From Thermoproteota archaeon (GTDB lineage Archaea; Asgardarchaeota; Jordiarchaeia; Jordiarchaeales; Freyrarchaeaceae), in the NCBI GenBank assembly GCA_029258835.1, contig JAPDJY010000050.1, positions 1 through 55,167 of the forward strand: a stretch of 55,167 bases of DNA, written 5' to 3'. Within the stretch, counting starts at the first letter, position 1. Each line of letters begins with the position of its first letter. Shown here one piece after another: positions 36,410-44,936 of the stretch. A program made the translations under genes and the position numbers. Under the pieces are notes generated by a model that was given only the letters and a program-made list of their open reading frames with translations, was not told the DNA's origin and made no database searches.

Positions 36410-37831
36410 GTGGGAACATTGGATTTCTTCTTTAATCCTAGGAGCTTAGCAGTCATAGGAGCTTCCACCACCCCGGGCAAAGCCGGCTTCATAATTCTAA
36501 AGAACCTCCTTAAGTTCGGTTATAAAGGAGAAATTTACCCGGTTAACCCTAAGGGAGGAGAGGTTTTAGGGTTAAAGTTTTACCACCACATTTCGGAGGT
36601 TCCAAAACCGGTGGACCTGGCTGTAGTCGTGATCCCTCGAAACCTAGTTGTAGACGCTGTTAAGGAGTGCTGCGAGGCAGGGGTTAGACGCTTCATAATC
36701 CCGGCGGCAGGCTTCTCTGACGATGGAGAGGAAGGAAAACTGCTTGAGAAGAGGCTGGTCGAAGTCGCCTCAAGGTATGGTGCCCGCGTTATGGGCCCAA
36801 ACAGCATAGGAACGGTTAACGTTTCAAGCAGTTTAGTTACGTCCTTCGTGAACCTTGAGAAGCCGAGCCTTGGCCCGGCATCCCTAGTAGGTCAGACGGG
36901 GCTCTTCGCGAGCGCCTTCATCCAGTGGATTACGTCATCTCAGAACTTCGGCCTCAGCAAGGTTGCGTGCATAGGCAACAAGTGCGACGTCGACGAGTCT
37001 GACGTGCTCAGCTACTACGCTGACGACGATGAAACAGGCTGCATTGGAATCTACCTTGAAGCGGTCAAGGATGGGCGCCGCTTCAGAAACGCGGTTTTAA
37101 AAGCTCTAAGGGCAGGTAAGCCGGTGGTCGTCGTCAAGGCAGGGGTGACGGAGGAAGGAGCTAAAGCGGCGTCGTCGCATACTGGAGGGTTAACAGGCAA
37201 CTTCAAGGTTTTCGAGGGCTTAGCTAAGCAGACCGGCATGATAATAGTTGAGGACTTCGACCAGCTATTCACAGCCCTTAAATCCTTCTCCTTTCTGCCA
37301 ACTCCGAGGGGGGATAAGCTCTGCATAATAACTCAGACTGGAGCCGGAGGAGTGCTCTCTCTGGACATCTACAAGCGCTACGGTCTTCGCCTAGCAAGGC
37401 TGAGTGAGGAGACGGTGAGGAAGATGAGGAAGGTTTTCCCCGACTGGTCTCCCGTAGGCAACCCGGTTGACATGTGGGCTGCAATAGAGCGTAGCGGACC
37501 GGACGAAACGTTCAGCGTACTTATAAACTCCGCCATGAGGGATCCCTCGGTCGACATGCTCCTCGTGATCTCTGTTCTCTTTAAGGGAGCAGATTTTAAC
37601 CCTTCAATAGTGGTCGATGCGCTGGACAGGTGGGGTAAACCACTCACAGTATGCTTCTTAGGCGGTGAAAGCCTCATGGTAAAAGAGTGGTCTGCAAAGC
37701 TTGAGAAGGGTGGCGTTCCGACATTTACGTCGATGAGGGATGCCATGCTCGCGCTAAGCGTCCTCAACAAGCACCGTCTCAACATGTTAAGGCTTCGCAG
37801 CCTCCAAGCCGCCGACCCAACCAAGCAGTAG
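36410..37831 (+). CDS. acdA: ADP-forming acyl-CoA synthetase alpha subunit (CoA-binding)
   Basis: PRSLAVIGAS, YPVNP, GPNSIG, IGNKCD, ASSHTG phospho-His, GNPVD. Confidence 0.85.
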   Translation: MGTLDFFFNPRSLAVIGASTTPGKAGFIILKNLLKFGYKGEIYPVNPKGGEVLGLKFYHHISEVPKPVDLAVVVIPRNLVVDAVKECCEAGVRRFIIPAAGFSDDGEEGKLLEKRLVEVASRYGARVMGPNSIGTVNVSSSLVTSFVNLEKPSLGPASLVGQTGLFASAFIQWITSSQNFGLSKVACIGNKCDVDESDVLSYYADDDETGCIGIYLEAVKDGRRFRNAVLKALRAGKPVVVVKAGVTEEGAKAASSHTGGLTGNFKVFEGLAKQTGMIIVEDFDQLFTALKSFSFLPTPRGDKLCIITQTGAGGVLSLDIYKRYGLRLARLSEETVRKMRKVFPDWSPVGNPVDMWAAIERSGPDETFSVLINSAMRDPSVDMLLVISVLFKGADFNPSIVVDALDRWGKPLTVCFLGGESLMVKEWSAKLEKGGVPTFTSMRDAMLALSVLNKHRLNMLRLRSLQAADPTKQ

Positions 37832-37924
37832 CCCTTCCCCGAGAAGCACCCAAATCAGCCGCAACCAAACCGCCGCTAAAACGCGGACATGCCGGAAGGA
37901 CGTGGCTTGAAGGATGTTAAGGGT

Positions 37925-39085
37925 TCAAGCGTTCCCTCCGGTGCCTGTAAGCGTCACTTTGGCCGCCTCATCCACTTCGCCGCTCCCCGCCCCGTCGCCT
38001 TCGATCCGTCCTTGTAAATATGCTCCTTGCAAGCGCCTCCGCCGGCCTGAAAACGCTTATGTTCCCATCTCATGCTTCAAGTATCTCCCCGTAGAGGGTG
38101 GCAAAGGTCTGCATGAACTCGTCGATCCTCCTACGTATAATGTACAGGTCTTCGGTTGCGACTACAACCAAGGTGGCGTTCCCGGCGTAACCGAAAAGAA
38201 ACTTCAAGTTCCCCTGATCCACCACCTGACCCGACCTCCTTTACCTGTCCTCTTTAATCCAAGTGACAGCGCCGATAGCACCGCCGCCGTCAAGGCTTGG
38301 TCGGGACCCACGGTGCTCGTTCCGGCCTCAAAATTCACGTAGAAGAGGGGACGCCTGTGAACGAGATAAGGTATATCTCCTTAACCTTAGCATCCCAGTC
38401 AAGCTCCCCAAAGGACGGCATACTCAACACGGCGAAGTTCACCACTATTATTGCCGTCATCAGAACGGAGCCGACAAGGTAGGATAATCCTCCTGAAGGC
38501 TGAACGAAAGGATCGGACGTCAAAGTGTATCCGGATAGGAATAGAATGAAGCCGGCGACGAACAAGTTAATTTACACACTTAAGGGCTCCTCCGCCTTCC
38601 CCTGTAAACTGCGGAATAATAAAATGAAGAACACGGAGTATGCTGGGTTAGAAAAAGAGGTATGAAACATACTTGAAGATGAAGTGGAGGAGAATGAAAA
38701 TGATCAGTATTCCTACTGGCCCAATGAGGTGAAAACGCCATGCGTTAGCAAAATCTTCCTCTCGACGATAGATGTAAATCCTGTGAGACCGGATAGCATG
38801 GAGAAGTATCCCATCTTAAGCCAGAACTCGCGCTCCCAGCTTGGAACATAGAAATCCGAGATAATGAACGATGAAAGCTGAACTATAAGGGCGGCCATGA
38901 AAATTAACTAGGTAAGCGTCGTCGATGCGGCGTAGACTCTTAGCCCACTCGTAAAGAAGCAGAATAAGAAACTCCGCTGAGAAAAGAATTGCAGCCACCA
39001 TGAGGGAAAGCGAGAGGTTCCGTATAAGTCCCGAAGCAGGGGAAAAAAGCCAACTAGGTTTCCTCCTTATGCGGTACATCACCAT
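37925..39085 (-). pseudogene. Multi-pass membrane protein with C-terminal longin/roadblock-like domain, degraded
   Basis: Hydrophobic fragments in several frames, then EIYLISFTGVP / LFYVNF / VVDQGNLKFLF..VVATEDLYIIRRRIDEFMQTF..ILEA*DGNISVFRPAEALARSIF; several frameshifts and stops. Confidence 0.7.
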
Positions 39086-39999
39086 GCTATTAATTTCTTA
39101 ACTGCTTAACTGTTAATTTCATTTTTGTACTTATATTTCTTCAATTCACTTCTATTTTGCAATGTTGACAGGATAGTTTAAAAATTCTATAAATTTATTT
39201 TTGATTTGATTTAAAAGAAGTATATCTTTTATAAGTGGAGGTATTTTGCACATCGCATTCGAGAAAGAAACCTTCCAAAAACTTAGTTATAAAAATAATC
39301 TTCCTTCAGATTTTTCTTAAGGGTCATCGCCTCATTCTGCGTGTGCACAGATAGGCTTTCCTTCGGCTTTAAAAAATTATCATGGTTCCTCGTGGGGGAT
39401 CTCTTCGCTACAGCTTCTTCCCATGAGAGCCAGTGTTTAACGAGGTGTGCCGTCCTAGGTTTATGGCGAGTTGACCGGGTGATCTGAAGATTGGGATGAA
39501 GTGTATGACGAGTGGATCCGCCTCTTCCCGTCAGGAGGCCTCCTTCTGCCTAGACCCTATAAAGTCATCCACACTAGGCGCCGTCCCTTCAGCGGATTCT
39601 ACATATACTCCGTTTTTGGTTTTCGTTACCGGCAAATTCCAGCGCTTGAACGTGAATGATACACCTTGGCGATCGCCTTGCCTACATCTTGGGTTCATTA
39701 GCATCTTCCGGAGAAAGACGCATTCCCCTCCCAAGACCTCCACCTCTTTAGCCTAGATATTGTTAGCATACCGCACAGTTTGGTAGAAGGATGCCCATTC
39801 ATCAATGTTCCCTATAACCTATACTACCCTACCGATTAAGGTCGTTCTCCATGAAATCGCAAAAAATAATCGTCATGTACGCTGTAATCAGCACCTTTTT
39901 AGGGTGTTGCCCCGCATCTATTCCACCCTTTCCTACATTGACTCTCCCTGTGGAAGGGGTTGTTGCGTCGTTCTATCCCGTGTTGCGGCGGATGCCATG

Positions 40000-41211
40000 T
40001 TATTCTCCTACCATTTCTATGTGTAGTCTGAGGTAGTCCTTCAGGTCCTTTGTGACTAGGAAGTTTCTTTTAACATGTTCTCTGCCGTTGTGTCCTAGCT
40101 CTCTCGCCAGCCACCTCCTCTTGAGGAGGAGTGTTACTTTTTCGGCTGCCTCCTCGGCGCTGTCCACGAGGAAACCCGTGACCTCGTTGAGGACTTGGAG
40201 CGGTATCCCCCCTACCCTGGTTGCGACGACTGGCACCCCTTTCCAAAGGGCTTCCGTAACCGCCAGCCCGAACCCCTCCTTTATGGAGAGTTGAAGCGCA
40301 ACCGAGAAAGACCTCTGGAAAGCGTTAACCTCGACGTCTCCGACGCCATCTAAGTTTGTGAGTATGTGTACGTCCTTCGAGCTCTCAGCGTATTTAACGG
40401 TTTTCTCGTACCACTCAGCTCCTTCGGGGTCGTCGTGGGCGAAGCTTCCTATGAGGACGAGCTGTACGTCCTCAACCTTCTCCCTCACCTTCCTGAACGT
40501 GTCTATTACCCCTAAAGGGTTCTTCCAGGGGTCAAACCTCGCAACCTGACCAATAATAGGCCTGTCAGGGTCAACCCCATACCTCTCAAGAACACCCAAA
40601 ATCTCAGACTGACCCAAACCCCTATTCTTATCAGACAAAGGATCTATGCACGGGTGCCTTATGAAAACCTTAAAGTTTCTAATGTCCCCTGGCACATATG
40701 CCTCATGCGAGAATATTAGTGCGTCGTATTTTTCGACGTATTTCTTCAGGAAGCTCCAGACCTTCATGTTTGGCTGGGAGGTGTCAATGTGGCACCTCCA
40801 AACCCACCTACCACCCTCCCTAAACTCCACAAGCGGAAGAGGCTGAGGATCATGGATCATAACCACGTCCCCCTCTAAGTCGAGTATTCCTGCATTACGA
40901 CTGTTGACTTCAAGGTAGATTTTCCTCATTTCCTCGCTTAGTTCGATGGACATGTTCCCCTGTAGTGCATTGTGGATTGCTTTGGTTACGGCGAAGAACT
41001 CCTTGTTTCCACGTAGAACCTCCCATTTCGCGTTTAACCCTACCGACCTCGCTAGGGGGACGAGGCTTTTTAGTATTTCAGCTACTCCTCCACCATATGC
41101 GGTAGCGTTCACGTGGATGACCCTTGCACCCTTAACCCTCTCAGCTAGGCTTACTATGCTTTCAACCTCGTCCCGGCCGACTATGGGCTCGTAGTCCCTA
41201 ATGTGCCTCAC
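40000..41211 (-). CDS. treT: TreT-like glycosyltransferring trehalose synthase (GT4), copy 2
   Basis: Same motifs as copy 1; EGFGLAVTEALWK; GTG 41211 after GGAGG (TTG 41226 is an alternative). Confidence 0.9.
   Translation of the reverse strand: MRHIRDYEPIVGRDEVESIVSLAERVKGARVIHVNATAYGGGVAEILKSLVPLARSVGLNAKWEVLRGNKEFFAVTKAIHNALQGNMSIELSEEMRKIYLEVNSRNAGILDLEGDVVMIHDPQPLPLVEFREGGRWVWRCHIDTSQPNMKVWSFLKKYVEKYDALIFSHEAYVPGDIRNFKVFIRHPCIDPLSDKNRGLGQSEILGVLERYGVDPDRPIIGQVARFDPWKNPLGVIDTFRKVREKVEDVQLVLIGSFAHDDPEGAEWYEKTVKYAESSKDVHILTNLDGVGDVEVNAFQRSFSVALQLSIKEGFGLAVTEALWKGVPVVATRVGGIPLQVLNEVTGFLVDSAEEAAEKVTLLLKRRWLARELGHNGREHVKRNFLVTKDLKDYLRLHIEMVGE
40424..40859. repeat. 436-bp identical repeat, copy B (within treT2)
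   Basis: Matches 35037..35472. Confidence 0.9.
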
Positions 41212-41228
41212 CGTGCACTCCTCCAACC

Positions 41229-42089
41229 CTAACCCATCATCTCAATTACCCCTGCAGCCCCCTTTAACTTCACTATCCCCACTACCAAGTCTACTCTGCA
41301 TACCACGCCTAGAACCCTGCTCTTGGTCGAAACAGGTAGGCAGCTTATGTCGTTTTTAACAACCTTATTTATGGCTTCGCCTACGTCGCTTTCAGAGCTG
41401 ACGGAAATCACCTCACGGTTCATGACGTCCTCAACTCTACTCCTGAAAATGTCCTCGACGTCCACGTTGCGGATCATCACGTCCAAATGCTTTTCCATGG
41501 TTAACACGTGATTTAGAATGTCGGTGACCGTTAGGATGCCGACCATGTTTTCACCCCTAACGACGAACACGCGCCTGACACGTGAATCGATCATCATGTT
41601 CGCCGCGTCAAACAGCGTTGCCTCTGGTGGAACCGTCAGAGCCGGCTGCGTCATCACATCTCCCACTTTAACGTTAAACTTCTTATTCAGAAGTCTTCCC
41701 AAGATAACCTCTTCGTCTATACACCCCTTAAACACCCCGTTCTCGTCGGCTATGATGACGTACCCAACGTTGTTCTCAGCCATGTACTGGAGCACCGTTT
41801 GGAGGGAGACGCTTTCAGGGAATATGTTCCTCGCCTCATCTAGGAAAAGATTTACAGGTTCCCTTAGAACACCCCTCAACCCCTCCTTCGTCTTAAGCGA
41901 CTCACCGCGCCTACCAAGCAAAACCTCTAGGATCCTACGCCCATTTATGACGCCTTTAACCTTGTTTCCCTCGTCGACGACCACGACCCGGTAAGGCGTA
42001 CCCCTCCCACCCAAAATGTTCAATGCTAGGAACAGCTGGTCATTCCACCTGATGATCGGCCTGCAGCAGATGAGGTCAGCGCTCCTCAT
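41229..42089 (-). CDS. CBS domain protein (four CBS repeats)
   Basis: KVGDVMT..TV.PEATL.DA..M..RVRRV.V..GILTVTD pattern repeated; immediately upstream of treT2. Confidence 0.85.
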   Translation of the reverse strand: MRSADLICCRPIIRWNDQLFLALNILGGRGTPYRVVVVDEGNKVKGVINGRRILEVLLGRRGESLKTKEGLRGVLREPVNLFLDEARNIFPESVSLQTVLQYMAENNVGYVIIADENGVFKGCIDEEVILGRLLNKKFNVKVGDVMTQPALTVPPEATLFDAANMMIDSRVRRVFVVRGENMVGILTVTDILNHVLTMEKHLDVMIRNVDVEDIFRSRVEDVMNREVISVSSESDVGEAINKVVKNDISCLPVSTKSRVLGVVCRVDLVVGIVKLKGAAGVIEMMG

Positions 42090-42240
42090 AGACACCCCCA
42101 ACCTACTTAAACCCCCTCCAGTGCTATTAAGCATTTTGACTGCTTAAAGCAGCGGCCCTCCGCCGCCCCCTCCTCCGGAGGGAGAGTTAAAAGTGGCGGA
42201 TCCCATCTTTCTTCTTGGACGCCACTTAGGGGTGTGACAT

Positions 42241-43344
42241 GTGAACGATCACGGTAGCCGGGTGAAGGAGCCATCTAACCTGCCTTCCTCCCACGCCTCC
42301 CGCGGGATTAGGTTTAAGCTGGTATGGTTTGACTCTTTCGGGGCGAAGAGCTCATGCGTGCTCGTTGAGACGGACGATGTCACGGTTCTAATAGACCCGG
42401 GTGTTGCCGTGATGCACCCTTCCTTTCCGGCGAGCAGCGTGGAGAAAGCCTTGTGGGCCGCGAAGGGTAGACGGGCGATAGTTAACGCTGCGAGGCGGGC
42501 AGACGTAATCGTGGTGTCCCACTACCACTGGGATCACTTCACCCGCGACCCGGACGTTTACAGGAATAAGCTTTTGCTTGCTAAGAACCCGAACGAGTAC
42601 ATTAACGACTCTCAGAGGAAGAGGGCTGTCGAGTTCTACTCGAACCTCTGGAAGACGTTCGGCGGAAAAACCATGGAGTTTAAGCCTCGCCGGGACGTGC
42701 GCTTTAAGGATCCGGCAGACGAGCTTTTATCCATCAGCATGAACTTCGGAGGCTACCAAGAGCGGAGACTCGAGCTCCTTGAGGCAGGCAGAAAGTGGTT
42801 TAAAAGGCGCGCCGAGAAGTGGCGGAGCTACAAGGTCATCCCTGAGGCGGAGTTCAGAGACCTCAAGATAGTCTACCCTGAGGGGTGCGAGCTACGGTTT
42901 GGAGGGACGAAGCTGCGCTTCTCCCCTCCGCTCTTTCACGGCATCGAATACTCCCGTGTGGGGTGGGTTTTCTCCACCGTAATAGAGTTTAAGGGGGAGA
43001 AGCTCCTCCACTCATCCGACCTGAACGGGCCGGTGATCGAGGACTACGCCGAAATGATCGTGAGGGAGAACCCTTCCTACATAATCCTCGACGGGCCGAT
43101 GACCTACATGCTAGGCTACACCCTCAACATGGTGAACTTTCGCAGGGTGCTGGAGAACGCCAAGCGGATAGTTGAGGAAGCCGACTTCAAACTTATGATA
43201 TGGGACCACCACTTGCCACGCGAGCCAAGGTTCAGGGAGAGAACCCGTTCAGTCTGGACGGCTGCTGAAAGGAAGGGTAAGCCTTTAATGACCGCAAGCG
43301 AGTTTCAGCTTGGTAAGAAGCCCGTGGTGGAACGCACGCTTTAA
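42241..43344 (+). CDS. MBL-fold hydrolase, UPF0282-like
   Basis: DSFGAKS, IDPG, SHYHWDH, HG, HSSD, DGP, DHHL. Confidence 0.8.
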   Translation: MNDHGSRVKEPSNLPSSHASRGIRFKLVWFDSFGAKSSCVLVETDDVTVLIDPGVAVMHPSFPASSVEKALWAAKGRRAIVNAARRADVIVVSHYHWDHFTRDPDVYRNKLLLAKNPNEYINDSQRKRAVEFYSNLWKTFGGKTMEFKPRRDVRFKDPADELLSISMNFGGYQERRLELLEAGRKWFKRRAEKWRSYKVIPEAEFRDLKIVYPEGCELRFGGTKLRFSPPLFHGIEYSRVGWVFSTVIEFKGEKLLHSSDLNGPVIEDYAEMIVRENPSYIILDGPMTYMLGYTLNMVNFRRVLENAKRIVEEADFKLMIWDHHLPREPRFRERTRSVWTAAERKGKPLMTASEFQLGKKPVVERTL

Positions 43345-43360
43345 AATTCGTCCATCTCGG

Positions 43361-43405
43361 AATATTACCGATAAATCGGTAATATTTAGTTAAAAGTTAC
43401 CGATA
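43361..43405. promoter_or_regulatory. Perfect 12-bp inverted repeat plus third half-site upstream of the ATPase
   Basis: AATATTACCGAT-AA-ATCGGTAATATT (43361-43386); TTACCGATA again at 43397-43405, abutting TTATAAA. Confidence 0.75.
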
Positions 43406-43437
43406 AAATTATAAACTTTTAGGATTAAGTGTTTATC

Positions 43438-44808
43438 ATGATCGGTGAAGACGCCATTCTAGAGGTTCTTTCAGACTGGAACCTCTGGGGAAGTTTTGAT
43501 GTCCCCCTTAAAAGCAGGAGGATATACCTAGGCATCCTTAAAGAGTTCCTGGGGGGTAGAGAAGCCGTCGTTGTGAAGGGTGTTAGAAGGGCCGGTAAGT
43601 CCAGCCTAACGATACTTCTCCTTAAACATCTTCAGGAATTAGGATGGATAACGGTTAAAGACGCCTTAATAGTGAACCTCGAAGACCCACGCTTCCCTTC
43701 CACCCTTTCGTCGGAAGACCTCCTCCGCATCTACCAGGTGTACTTGAAAAAGCTTTCCCCGTCTAGTAACCACGTGGTAGTCCTCGATGAAGTCCAGGTT
43801 GTTAAGGGCTGGGAGAGGTTTGTCAGATACCTTCTAGAGGCTAAAGGCGTTAAAGTGGTTGTGACGGGTTCCTCCTCAAAGCTTATGGGTGAAGAGTACG
43901 CTTCGTCTCTTACAGGGAGACACGTGGACGTTGAGGTTTTCCCTCTAAGCTTCCACGAATACTTGGAATTTAAGGGGTTAGCGTTGACGGGTGAGCTTGA
44001 CGCTGTCAGAGAAAGACATAGGGTGGAGTTTCTGCTGGACGAGTACGTTTACCTCGGAGGATTCCCTGAAGTTGTTCTAGCTGAAAGCAGGGTTAGGAAG
44101 GCTGAGCTGTTAAGGCGCTACTTCGAAGACATAATAGTCAAGGACGTGGTTAAACGGTACAGGGTGAAGCACGTCCACAAGCTTGAAGAGCTGGCGAAAA
44201 TTTTCCTTACAAACGTCTCCATGCTTCAGTCACTTAACAGGATCAGGAAGACTCTAAACTTAAGCCTCGACACGGTTGAAAGATTCTCAAAGTACTTGGA
44301 AACAGCTAGACTAGTATTCTTCATCCCTCGCTTCGGCTTCTCGCTAAAACAGCAGATCCTAACACCTAAAAAGGTCTACGCCATAGACACGGGGCTAGCT
44401 TCAACGCTAGGCTTCAGGACGGCTGAAAACTACGGTCAATACATGGAGAACGTCGTCGCGGTCGAACTACTAAGAAGAAAAACATGGAATCCAAGGATTG
44501 AAATCTATTACTGGAGAGACCACCAGCAAAGGGAGGTGGACTTCCTTCTCAAGGAGGGAGGCGCCGTGAAGCACTTAATCCAAGTGTGCTATGCCTCGGA
44601 CAGAGACGAGGTTCCTCGAAGGGAGGAGAGATCGCTGATGAAGGCGATGGAGGAGCTACACTTAAAACATGCAACAATAATAACCAAAAGCTACCAGGAG
44701 GAAAGGGAGGAGCAAGGGCTAACGGTAAGGTTCATCCCAATATGGAGGTGGATCCTTCAGGAAGCCTTCAGCCCAAACCAGCCCACCAAAACCAAAAGTA
44801 TGTGTTAA
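43438..44808 (+). CDS. AAA_14 + DUF4143 ATP-binding protein
   Basis: GVRRAGKS, LDEVQ, TGSSS, LTGR, GGFPE, KVYAIDTG, EN.V, EVDF, IQVC. Confidence 0.9.
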   Translation: MIGEDAILEVLSDWNLWGSFDVPLKSRRIYLGILKEFLGGREAVVVKGVRRAGKSSLTILLLKHLQELGWITVKDALIVNLEDPRFPSTLSSEDLLRIYQVYLKKLSPSSNHVVVLDEVQVVKGWERFVRYLLEAKGVKVVVTGSSSKLMGEEYASSLTGRHVDVEVFPLSFHEYLEFKGLALTGELDAVRERHRVEFLLDEYVYLGGFPEVVLAESRVRKAELLRRYFEDIIVKDVVKRYRVKHVHKLEELAKIFLTNVSMLQSLNRIRKTLNLSLDTVERFSKYLETARLVFFIPRFGFSLKQQILTPKKVYAIDTGLASTLGFRTAENYGQYMENVVAVELLRRKTWNPRIEIYYWRDHQQREVDFLLKEGGAVKHLIQVCYASDRDEVPRREERSLMKAMEELHLKHATIITKSYQEEREEQGLTVRFIPIWRWILQEAFSPNQPTKTKSMC

Positions 44809-44936
44809 AGTTTTAAGTGGCATCCTTCCGAAGGCTGGAAAGCACCCACTAACCTACTAAATTGGAAATTTAGCCTTTTGAACCCTTAAAGCCTCATTTG
44901 TGGCTGATCGCACCACCCCCTCCTCCCTCACTAATC

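Noticed and set aside
38068-38073. In-frame TGA as selenocysteine or recoded Trp
   Set aside because: The same gene has other stops and frameshifts, and TGA terminates many intact genes here; TGG>TGA decay is simpler
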